Source: Tubiluchus corallicola (lineage: Eukaryota; Animalia; Priapulida). From it: a stretch of 64,000 nucleotides of DNA. Position 1 is the first letter of the stretch; the number at the start of each line of letters is the position of its first letter. The notes beneath the pieces are model-generated. The model was given only the letters and a program-made list of their open reading frames with translations. It did not search any database and was not told where the DNA came from. The stretch lies in contig JAQGDQ010000617.1 in NCBI GenBank assembly GCA_030141605.1, forward strand, positions 62,792-126,791, read 5' to 3'. Both the position numbers and the translations under genes were made by a program. Shown here piece after piece: positions 1 through 13,570 of this stretch.

Positions 1-359
1 GTCCATATATTAAAAATTATATCCTATAAAACTCTCATATCATATACGCATTCTATGATAGGTTTGCTTTCAGAAAGTGACAATCATGAAAAATTTACTG
101 TGAAAATTTATAAGACAATGTCTAAAAAATTTTTTCGTTGTCTATTCTGCATTTCTGTTTTATCGTTTGATCATTAAAAACTCTTAGACAATTCTGACAA
201 TATTGTAATTAAAGGGGTCGCTGTTGTGTCGTGTACTAATGTGAAATATGCCTTATTCTTTTGTCCGATCTTTGTAAACGACATTTTGTAGTAACTACTG
301 ATTTATGGCATTGCATAGTTACTGCACATCCACGTCATTTCATAGTAACTTACACGTTT

Positions 360-728
360 GAAGCAAAACTGGACCCAATCTTAAACTGCAGGTCAAAACA
401 ATCTACTCCTTCAAATATTGAAAGGAAACATACTATTTTTTCATAAATGACTTACGTGAAAGAATTATTTTCACACAAACACAATTTCACGTTCGCGCCA
501 CTAGTTGTTCGCTGTTACATGCATTTCCCCATTTGCTAATTAGACAGGCACTAGCGCCTGCATTTCGGAAAGGCATTGCACGAAAAACAAGTGCTGTACC
601 TCTTAGTTCAGATGTGTTAGTTTGTGACGAACTACACACGTTCGACAGCTCATGCGTTAGCACAGCGGTAAATTTGAAATTTAAATTTTATCTTAAAACT
701 TATGAAATGTCGCCCTGTCTTCCTTTAA
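360..728 (+). mobile_element. Kolobok/T2-like MITE, family B (internally deleted copy)
   Basis: AAAACTGGACCCAATCTTAAACTG...CCCTGTCTTTCCT|TTAA; the left part closely matches 43937-44130. Confidence 0.6.
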
Positions 729-1378
729 GGGAATTGAAGTTTCCGAACTCCGACACTCCTATGGGAATTAACTATAATGTTTGAACTTCCAAATCCCCTC
801 GTCCTAGGTGAGAAGACCTGATCCAGGATGGGAGAAATGACTTATTTGGACACACCCCGTGAACGGCCATGGCTAGAAGGCTAGAACACGATCAAGTTCA
901 AACAAAACGCGACCAAGACGCAATGTTGCATTTAAGATGAAGATTCTGCGTAAGACAAATGACGAATAAGATAAGCGGTAAAGGGTTATTCGTCTATCAG
1001 TCTGTGCCAGTGGACGGAAACGAAATGCACAGAGCTTAATGAAGTCAAAGCCTACACCAGCGACGTGGTGAATCAGCTATATTGATGGAGTATATAGTGT
1101 ATAGTATATAGCTATATACAATGGCAAAAAAACATAAACTATAGTTGTTTCCGTGACTTAAATAAAGAAACCTTGCAGGGGACAACATAACCAGTGTATT
1201 TGTAAGAAAAGAAACAGCATTAAATAAAGCTCTAGTTAGTTTTGCAACAGACGGTTTTATATTATCAGTTTGTAAAGGGATGTTAAAGCGTTAAAAGGAT
1301 AGTACAATATAAATTTTAGTTCACTCACATATATGTATAGATATACACAAACACACACACACGCACGCACGCACACGC

Positions 1379-1443
<65 letters not shown>

Positions 1444-2034
1444 AATATATATATAAAACTCGGGGAAAATTTATCCTGGTTTTATCGTAAATTTTAGCTC
1501 ATGCATACATATGTATAGATATTTATATACATATATGTATAACTCAGGCAAAATTTACCTGATTTTATCGTAAATTTTAGCTCATGCACACATATGTATG
1601 TGTTAGATACAGATATTTATATACATATATGCATAACTCAGCTAAAATTTTTCCTGGTTTTATCGTAAATTTTAACAAAAGTTCTTGTTCTTATATATTT
1701 GTAAGTAAATCGTGCATGTAGAAAAGTTTGTCATTTCTAATACTTTCCTAATGGTGAAATCTAAACAATCCCAGTGAACGAATTCTGCTATTGTGGACCT
1801 TAATTATTATAAATAATTGTTACAATGTTTTATAAGCAAGTTTGTGGTACATGTATTAAGAACAATAATTATAATTCACCGTGTTGTATGTATACTCTTA
1901 TATCTTATATCATTATACTGTGCAGAATTATCGGCATGTAAACAGACACCTTGAATTATATGATATTTGATAATATATGGATGTGTGTATATATACATAT
2001 ATATTATATATACTATATACTGTTATATATGTTA

Positions 2035-2070
<36 letters not shown>

Positions 2071-2479
2071 GTATATATTACATATATATTATATGTATAT
2101 ATTAGGCAAATAAATAATCACCATCGTCGTCGTCATCATCATTATCATCATCATCATCACCATCATCATCATTATCATCATCATCATCATCGTCTGTATG
2201 TAACTAGAGGCCTTGCATTTATATATTGTGCAAATAAATATTTACTATCATCATCAATTAGAAAATGAAATTTTGAAATGAAACGCGTTATTTATTTTTA
2301 TTTGAATTTCTGTGTAGTTTTTTTGCCTAAAATAGAGATATTATATAGTTATATTTCTTTAGGTATTTTTTGCATTAGAGCATCTCATCTATCCAACAAC
2401 TTGTTAGTACAAAATTTACTAAGAATTTTTTCAGAAATAGATTTTCAGAAATACTTAACGCTTTCGGCTTCTCTGAGGT

Positions 2480-3035
2480 GAGTTTCTATAAGGAAGTCGA
2501 AAATTTAAACTAGTTTTTGAAAGGTTACAACAAGTACGATAAAAAGTACACTTTAACACAATTAGTACTGCAAAGGCGTCTCTGATAATTAAATAATAGA
2601 TTAAAATCTTGTTAAACGGCGGGCGAGTCCAAACTAACACATCTGAACTGAGAGCTACAGCACCTGTTTTTGTGTAATGCGTTCCCTGTGCCCGTCTAAC
2701 TAGCGAATTCGTGTTTATGTTATAACTATTCTTTCGTGTAAGTCATTCTTGAAAATATAGCATGTTCTCTTTCAATATTTTATAAGGCAGATTGTTTTGA
2801 GTTATAAAGACTGGGCCGCAGTTTTCTTTCAATGTCATATCTACAGACGGAAATTTCGCTTTGACATGATTTACACGTTGAGCAAGAACTAGTGGCGCGA
2901 ACGCCAAACTGCATTTGTGTGATAATAATTCTTTCACGGAAGTCATTTTTGAAAAAGTAGTACGTTTCCTTTCAATATTCTAACGCGTATTTTGTTTTGA
3001 GCTACAGTTTAAGATCGGGTCCAGTTTTCCTTTAA
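2480..3035 (-). mobile_element. Kolobok/T2-like MITE, family B (reverse orientation, partly duplicated)
   Basis: Ends GATCGGGTCCAGTTTTCCT|TTAA at 3035; 2700-2830 and 2890-3035 are related copies. Confidence 0.55.
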
Positions 3036-3552
3036 TAATAATAAATTTGAATCACGATTTGCTAACAACGAACAGCAATTAAGTTTAACTAAAATGACAC
3101 GTTCTTAAACCTTCCCTGCGACGACAATACGCAAATAAAGACCTTAATTACTGAAACAGAATTGAAATAGCTTCTGTGATTACTAGATGAAAATAACGTT
3201 TGAACCTCAGCCAACTGGCAAAATTTTTTGCTGATGTAAAAAGAAGTAAGAGACCAGTAAGTCAAACTAATCTCTAGTATATCATACTAACGTAAAATCT
3301 ACAGTTACTCTAAAACAAATCAAAAACGAACAAAAAATACTGTAATATCCTTAAAAAAATTAATACGAAGAACAAATCGCACCTTATCAGTGGAAGATCC
3401 TATCTTTTATTTTTGAATTTCTAGTTGCACTTATAGTTTAGCTTTTATCAGACGCATTTGCCCACAACAGTGTATGTTTTTATATGAACTAACACTGATT
3501 GTCTGTCTTTTATTACGATGGTCAATGTTTTCAAAAAGGTAAAATAAAAATT

Positions 3553-4813
<1,261 letters not shown>

Positions 4814-6895
4814 AGTAGCAAATTCTCGTGCTATTAAAAATTTAAACCTACTATACACAAAAAATTCAAGTCACCAACACAAAACACCAGTAAACCACCA
4901 AATTTCAATTTTATACGTTTAGTATTTTACAAAAACTTATTTTGGAAACATTGTGTGAAATGAAATGTAAAGGTGTACGTACTTATGTAATTAAATAATT
5001 AATTAATTACATAAGTACGCAAAGTTTTACATTTCATTTCAAATTAATACAGCCTCACTTGTGTTTTTAATCGTAAATTCATCATATTGTACAACACTAT
5101 TGTTCACAGCAGTGGAAATACTGATTACACTATCACTACTTTTTGAGTGTGTAGTTTACCGTTCAACGATGTGTAATTTTTATAGCAATAAAGAATTTTA
5201 TCATTATTATTTATTATTATTTAAATTATAATGCCAGATGAACATCTACAGAAAGCAAGAACAGAATGGTAGTACAAACGAAAGCAGATTTCTAGCTCTG
5301 ACAAGCATTTGTGTTTTATATGAAGAAATCTCTTCATTATCCGTAATTCCTAAAGTATCTTTCTGATTTATCTGTATTTTTCTTGCAAACTTTGTGACTT
5401 GTTCGTACTAATTTTACTTTCTAGAGTTTCAAACCCTGAAGTGGTTTTACAATCTAAATTCTGTTCAGAACAGATGGGCAATTGATTAGAGGTCATTTTT
5501 GCCACTAAACTCATTATATAAACAGACACATTAACACATTAACACATGACATTATTTTCCTAATTTTCTCCAGAGATTTAAACACCACACGGTATTTAAA
5601 CTTACGAATCGTCGTTCATCACGCCTAGTGCCATCTGACGGCAAGAAACGTTTCTATTTCATGTATTGTTTCGGTCCTTACTAGTACTAGGACTTCGAAA
5701 TATATTTAATGACTTTTTACAAATTTAGGTTATTTAATAATTTATGAAATGGCTGAAATATACCAGTAGCAAGAAATGGTATGTTAGCAAAATGATTTTG
5801 ACTTCATATACTGTACTTATTATGAGTTAATTACGAAAACAGCAAAGAAACCGCATCACCGAGATTAACAACAAGAGATCATCGTTGACTACCGAGCGCC
5901 ATCTGTTGGCAGGAACTTAAAAAATTACATTGAATTGGTAATTATTGTATATGTATGCATGATTTTTTGGGGAGAAATTTTAAAAAAGCACCCTGTTATT
6001 AACACGTCTATAGTAAAGTAAATTTTTGCGTAGTTTGATGCTACGCGTAGCACGTAAAATTGTTATAACTTTTATATACGCACAGATGTGTTAGAATTGT
6101 ATTAAATTTATTTCAAAGTACTTGGCAAGTGTGATAAATTGTTTATATATATCCCGCGACGGCGCGAGATTTGTTTATTCGTGGTGTTATATAAAATAAA
6201 GGCTTGTGAATGATAGTCTTACAATAAAAACACGTTTTATAATGATGCTTTTGTATTTTCGGTATCAAAGGATCCATGTAGCTATTTGTTATTACACCGT
6301 AAATTACAGTGTAAATATTTCACGTTTGTAATAACACTTTTGAGTTTTGCATAAACTAGTGAGCAGCTTTGTTAAACTTTTGTATGAAGTAGGATCTTGA
6401 CGACGACGATGATGATGATGAAGGTGATGATGATGATGATTATACTGATGCTGATGCTGCTGCTGCTGATGATGATAATCATGCTGCTGCTGGAGAGGTG
6501 GTGGTGATGGGGGATGATGACGATGATGATGAAGAAGAAGAAAAAGAAGAAGAAGACGATGATGATGTTGGTGATGATGATGATGATGATGATTCTTAAA
6601 TCATCATTCTTAAAAGGTTCAAATCACTAAGCAGTAGGTTTATTATAAAAATTTTAATATAAAGGCAAAGCATATTATTATACAATCGAAAATATATTTT
6701 ACACTAGTAACTGGTGTACATGATTGTATTTGCTTAATTAATAATACATATTAATAGTTTGCAACAATAAAACTAATATTGATTTGAATTACAGCTACAT
6801 AAATTATTATTTTGAGTTTAAAATAACATTTTTGCAACAACATTAACTGTAATAGTATGTTTAAGTACCCGTAATGATGTTATATTAATATTGTA

Positions 6896-6943
6896 ATCAT
6901 CATCATCATCAACATCATCATCATTTTCATCATCATCATCAGT

Positions 6944-6992
<49 letters not shown>

Positions 6993-7016
6993 GCAACAAC
7001 AACAACAACAACAATA

Positions 7017-7048
<32 letters not shown>

Positions 7049-7095
7049 AGCAGCAACAACAACAACAACAACAACACAACAACAACAAAGAACAA

Positions 7096-7130
<35 letters not shown>

Positions 7131-7270
7131 TCAACATCAACATCAACATCAACATCAACATCAACATCAACATCAACATCAACATCAACATCAACATCAA
7201 CATCAACATCAACATCAACATCAACATCAACATCAACATCAACAACAACAACAACAACAACAACAACAGC

Positions 7271-7311
<41 letters not shown>

Positions 7312-7396
7312 AGACAACATCAACATCAACAACAACAACAAAGAACAACAACAACAACAGCAGCAGCAGCAGCAGCAGCAACAACAACAACAACAT
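6896..7396. repeat. Compound (ATC)/(AAC)/(AACATC)/(AGC) microsatellite
   Basis: Directly visible. Confidence 0.97.
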
Positions 7397-7890
7397 TGCA
7401 TTTTTCTACTTTATGTCTTTAAGTGCTAAATTAAATTTGCTCAGTCTAACCAATCACAAAATTCTGTTTAATAGAACGCGTTTGTTTGCGATCAGCTGAC
7501 TTAGACTTAGCAGAATTTTCTCTTTTAGAGTCTCTTGTTCGCTTGGCGCCATCTCTCGTGGGCGAAAGCATCTAACGGTAAATCAGACTGCACCAAATGC
7601 AAGTACACGATAAAGTTTAGGTCACTAGAGAGTCAGAATTTTAATAACTTAAAGAGATGTCGTAAAGTTACACACTTATACACAGTTACCCTACCTATTC
7701 CATATCAAACAAGAACGATTAGTCTACGGTTTTGCCTGCCTCGCATAACGGAAGTAAAAAACATTGAAAGTTTGTATCTTTTTTTACATAGAAACTGAAA
7801 ATGACATATTTAAATCCTTTGTAACAACAACGATATCCGCTTGATAGACAACCTACTATATGATCATTTTGTTACATTTTTATTTGTTGC

Positions 7891-8652
7891 AATATATACA
7901 ACAATAGATATATTTTAATGTCTCTATCGGCACCGTATTCTTATTTATTGTTGTTGTCGTCAAGTAATTTGGAACAAAATTCTAAGCTTGTTAGCGATGT
8001 TGTGTTTTTTCATAATAACAACCCACTGGTTTGAAGAAACCGAAAAACTTGAAATTTAGTTTTAAGATTTTATTCTGAAGTGTCTTCATAAACAGTGAAG
8101 TAGTGTCATGTTGAAAAGCAGAAAACCAAGTGACCAAAACTGCATGTGAAATCATTTAGGTGTGAAAACCAGGTTTAGAGATTAATGCATTCATAAAAAT
8201 TGTAGAAGCCAGTGAAAATTTAAACAGTAAAGAGAAAGATTTAACAATTTTACCAAGAACACCTGAAGGTGCCAGCATTATCCAAAACTCAAAAACGTAT
8301 GATGACAATAGAACATAAATTGAAATTTAGAGTAATTAAAATAATTTTCTTCTGTCCACCCACTATATAATAAATTTCATTACCTTTTTATTAGGGAAAT
8401 CCAACGTTCCTGCTGCACATCAGCAGTTTTCAACAGTGAAATGACGAAAGATGACCGCTAGCGTGCAGCAGGAACGTTGGATTTTTCTAATAAAAAGGTA
8501 ATGAACTTTATTATATAGTGGGTTGTTTATGAAAAAACATGAAATCGATAACAAGCTTAGGATTTTGTTCCAAATTACTTGACGATAACAACAATAAATA
8601 ATAATACGGTGCCGATAGAGATATTAAAAATATATTTGTTGTTGTATATATT
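7891..8652. mobile_element. Fold-back (long palindromic) element with an insertion in the left arm
   Basis: 7891-8027 is the reverse complement of 8517-8652, and 8360-8418 is the reverse complement of 8463-8522; 8028-8358 is unpaired. Confidence 0.7.
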
Positions 8653-8662
8653 CAAATGGGGG

Positions 8663-9058
8663 GGGGGTAAAGATAGCATGTAATCTAAAACAAATTGTAG
8701 TAGAATTTTTTCTCTTCAGACTTTGTTACAAGAGGTATCAAGTACCATCGACAAAAAATCGGCTTTGTAGCCATAATAGTATTGTGACGTCATCGTGACG
8801 TCACAGATGAAAAGTGACCTCATTTTTGGAATTCCCTGGTACACATTCTTTTCAATCGATAATACATATTTCTCATCCATATGTGATATAACTGATTTTT
8901 GGCTTGAGTAGACGCCATCTTGGATTTATGAGCATATCTCAAAGTATCAACGCGAATTTTGGTCGATTTTTTTTTGCTGAGACTAGCAGAATCTGAAGAG
9001 AAATATTCTATTGCAATTTGTTTTAGGTACCCACTGACTAAGAGCTATCTTAACCCAC
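8663..9058. mobile_element. Degenerate TIR MITE
   Basis: 8663-8725 (GGGGTAAAGATAGC...CTAAAACAAATTGTAGTAGAA...TCTCTTCAGA) is an imperfect inverted match to 8987-9058. Confidence 0.55.
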
Positions 9059-9321
9059 ATATTTTGCTTCTCCGTATGCTCGATCACACAGTAATAAGTA
9101 TTTTCTAGAGTTGATTAAATCAATGTATCTCCGCGTGCTAAATTGTTTATCTATCTAAAACACTTTAGTGAAAATAAATAGATTTCAAAATAACGGTTTC
9201 GCATTGTAAATTTATCTAATTGTTTTTGCCTAATTCCGCAATGCATCTCACAGGTTTTTGTATAGAATTCGTGTACTGTTTTTGTATATCCTTGTTTACG
9301 TTTACAAGTAACTAACAATTT

Positions 9322-9627
<306 letters not shown>

Positions 9628-10182
9628 TTAATTCTAAGACGTGTAAATATCATCGTAAATTTTGTCGTTAAACCGCAAAGTTATATTATAACAGAACCTT
9701 TTCAATCATTATTATTCATACTGATTGTTTTTGTAAAATTATTAGCAAACAAATAGTCATAACTTAATAAAAATTCCACAAAAATGAAAAGAATTTTCTT
9801 GAATTTAATGAATTGAATGTCATCGTGAGTTACTTCTGTGTTAAACTGTGGTAAAATATGCTGTTGTTTATTAATCACTATAATGTTGTGTTCAACAACT
9901 AACAACGAAAACAATAAAAAATAAACAAACTGAAACATTTCAAAGGCTTAATGTTACAACAATAATAAAATGTAAATTAAAAACGGTATGAAGGAATTAT
10001 AATTATTAACAACACGAAAGACCCAGGCTTCTAGGAATCAACATGTTTATTGAGCGACGATCGTTTCGGCTATTGAAGCCATTGTCAAACTGTAAATGAA
10101 GCCAAAAATAGGAATAAATAATACATTAATGATCCAAAGGCACAAACTGAAATTACGAAACAACAGATTAGAATTTAACTTA

Positions 10183-10700
10183 CAAAATTTTTTCCTAATA
10201 CATGAGAATGAAAAAAGAGCACAAAAGAACAGAGAAATGTACAAAATTTTTACCTAACACATGAGAACGAAAAAAGAACACAACAGAACAGAGAAATGTA
10301 CAAAATTTTTACCTAACACATGAGAATGAAAAAAGAACACAACAGAACAGAGAAATGCACAAAATTTTTACCTAACACATGAGAATGAAAAAAGAACACA
10401 ACAGAACAGAGAAATGCACAAAATTTTTACCTAACACATGAGAATGAAAAAAGAACACAACACAACAGAGAAATGTACAAAATTTTTACCTAACACATGA
10501 GAACGAAAAAAGAACACAACAGAACAGAGAAATGTACAAAATTTTTACCTAACACATGAGAATGAAAAAAGAACACAACACAACAGAGAAATGCACAAAA
10601 TTTTTACCTAACACATGAGAATGAAAAAAGAACACAACACAACAGAGAAATGCACAAATTTTTTTACCTAACACATGAGAATGAAAAAAAGAACGCAACA
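10183..10700. repeat. 59-bp minisatellite in the ftz-like intron (about 8.5 units)
   Basis: Unit AAAATTTTTACCTAACACATGAGAA(T/C)GAAAAAAGAACACAACAGAACAGAGAAATG(T/C)AC. Confidence 0.95.
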
Positions 10701-11599
10701 GACTATTGTGTTCTTTCTTGGCTAATAATTTCAAAAGCCGAAAGTGTCGTCGCTCAGCAAACACGTATAATTACTAAAATTTTCGTTTTTCATACAAAAT
10801 CTTGTACTTTCATAATAGCTAATTTGTCGTACGAAATTTAATGAATAACCAATAAAGAATTAAGTTTTATAATTTATTACATTATGTTTTTTCTTACATA
10901 CAAATCAAAACAAGCAGTGAAAGGTATCGGTTAACTCGCTGTATTTAATAAAAGTAAATACAAATGGGTTTACAGACAAACAAAAATAATTGAAATTTGT
11001 TCACTCTTTCAATTCCAAGCGAAAACAACAACTTTATTTTATCGCTGTAAGTTCAAATTCAAAATTCAATTTTTTTGTTCCTGCAACTAAAACTATATAA
11101 AATAGAAATACCAAATTGACATAAAATACAATGCAATAAAAATTCAAGATCATATATATATATACTATACTATATTATATACTATATATACTATATTATA
11201 TTATTCTATATTAGCAACATAGTAACAATACTATGTATACTATAATAATATACATTATAGAATATAATATATATTCTATATTATATTCTATATATATTAT
11301 ATATAATAGAATATATATTCTATTGTATTTTATGTCATTTTGGTATTTGTATTTTACTATCGCATTTGTATTGGTATTCGCATATATATGTATTATTATT
11401 CGTATAAATATATATACGCTATACTGGTTTAGTAAATGTAACAGCTAAATTAATTTTGACAAACTAATTAATGTAATAAATCATACTATTTTACAAAAAA
11501 TTAACAGTTGACAAGTCTATATACGAGTTAATAATAGTAGTTATAATACCATTGTCAATGTGTTTAATAAAATAACTATATAATGATAATAATATCCCA

Positions 11600-11870
11600 G
11601 TTAATATTTTGGCGCCTTTATATTTAAAAGGCTTTGGCGGCCATTCATAAATTAAACGACGTTTGCGAACTGTAACCGCCTTCGCAAGGCAACGACAGGC
11701 TGGATTTATCGATTTTTCAGATCGATAATGAATCCTCCGTTTTTAACTCGTTGGCTCCTGCTGTTAACGAGTGTTACGTCACTTCCTCCCTGGCGTATTG
11801 CCAACACGAGTTGACGAAGAGCTGTGATCTATTGTACGGCTCCCATTAGAGAAATAATTACGCTTAAGTA
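11600..11870. promoter_or_regulatory. Candidate intronic cis-regulatory island (ftz-like gene)
   Basis: Locally GC-rich, non-repetitive; contains GGCCATTCATAAATTAA, TGGATTTATCG, CCCATTAG and TAATTAC homeodomain-type sites. Confidence 0.35.
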
Positions 11871-12960
11871 AAATAAAACTATAACTTTTGAAAATTAGGG
11901 GTAATTCAAGCGTTTTGGAGAATGTCAGTTAAGCTTCTGAAACAAAAGATGTAATAAAATAAAACAGGAAAGGTAAGTGGGAAAAGAAGGCGGGAGAAGA
12001 AAAGAAAAGAGAAGTAAAACAACACACAATACTTATATATTTCTATCTAAATATAAAAATGATATAATTCCTGTTTTCAAAGAAAATACTTTATTATTTA
12101 TGCTCGATAAACATAAAAACGAACGCACCTATAATCTAAAACAGTTACTTACAACTCAGTAAGCAAAACAGCAATCAACTTATGGAATTCAGCACTTTTA
12201 AGTATAAAATCAAAAGACGGATTAACAAACTTTAAAACAGAACTAAAAAACAAACTCCTAACTCACAAAAGACCCTTATATAAAAACAGTAAAGTAGAAT
12301 TCATCACTAAAGGAGAATATAACGCGTAACGCTTTAGACTCATAAATTCATCATATTATAAGTGTCTATACTATAAAAATATACTATACTCGTACGGAAA
12401 TTTACATAGCAAAAAAGTAGCAAAAAGTATTAAAATTCACAATTCCATAAGTCACCATCATGTAGACAAATTTGTAGATATGTAATATAGTATTTTAATG
12501 TTTTTGTTCTTATAATTTTTAACTTACACTAACTGACACAATTGCACACATCAGTCTGTCACTGACTGGTTATCCACTGATCTTACGTATGATATAATTT
12601 CTTTTACTCTGCGCTAGTGTATAATTTTTTGCAATAAAGATATATATATTGCACTACAGGGCTGTGGTGAAATGAAATGTAATGAAATATATATTCTCAC
12701 CTTGTGTTAGATAAAGCCACGTTCACATGCATGCACACCTGAGAAGTCTACTGTATTCCCCTGCCAGCATTAAATTTATATATTATATATATATAAACAA
12801 CAGAAAAAGAAAGAAATAAAGAACAGTAAAAGAAAAAAAAGAGAAAAACTAAAAATTGACGTTTTATAAAATTTAATAAATTGTGGTGTGACAGATTAGA
12901 TTGAAAGAAATAACTGATATATGAAGAAGAATGAAACGTTTTATAAGTAAAATAATATAC

Positions 12961-13414
12961 CTTTTTCTTTGATCCAGGAAAAAGTCGTGTTGGCTGGAAT
13001 TGAGTTTTGATATTGACCGTAATTATTGTTTGACGAAATGCAAATAGGATGCTGCAGTTTATCACAAGGAGTCACCTGTTGCTGATGCTGCGATTGCGGA
13101 GTTACCTGAGATGATGTATAAACTGGGTACTGCACTGACCGCGTACTCTGCGACCACGGATAATTTCTATGTTCGTGATTTCCTAATCCTGTCTGCGAAT
13201 ACATCACGCAGGTATCCCTCTTTTCTTGCGCTGGATTGTAAAGAGATCTAAATCCCGGATTGCCAGGATTTTTCCTGAAAACGTTGGTCCGTTCATCATA
13301 ATCGTACCGCGATCCGTATTCAGAGTTTCCCGGATGACAGAGTCTCTGTTCCCCCAAACTTCCGCTCCAAGTAGCACTAGACGCATTGTCATTATGATTA
13401 TAATATGTATTCAT
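12961..13414 (-). CDS. ftz: ftz/Lox5-like (Hox6-position) gene, coding exon 1
   Basis: ORF MNTYYNH...NTTFSWIKEK ends in a W-containing hexapeptide-like motif directly before a donor AAG|GTATAT (GT at 12960-12959). Phase 1; joins exon 2 in frame (G+AT=Asp). Orthology is inferred from the homeodomain arm and from the position 3' of Antp. Confidence 0.8.
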
Positions 13415-13454
13415 TGTGACAAAAACGAATTCTTCCCTTCAGTAACACTTCATC

Positions 13455-13570
13455 TGACTCTTTCATATAAAACTGCTAAAAATGTACACAATCCGCTAAT
13501 AACGATCACGTGACCACCCCGCACGTCAATCTTCTTTACAGGTGAAGCTAATTACAGGTAATTAACGCGG
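13455..13570 (-). promoter_or_regulatory. Proximal promoter/regulatory region of the ftz-like gene
   Basis: GGTCACGTGA E-box (13515-13506) about 90 bp upstream of the ATG; TAATTA and CAGGT motifs at 13538-13565. Confidence 0.45.

Noticed and set aside
10183-10700. Regularly spaced repeats suggestive of a CRISPR array (also 46868-47335)
   Set aside because: Units are head-to-tail without unique spacers; eukaryotic context and no cas genes.
11746-11812. AACTCGTTGGC...GCCAACACGAGTT stem as a pre-miRNA
   Set aside because: Only the basal 11 bp or so pair; the interior is largely unpaired.
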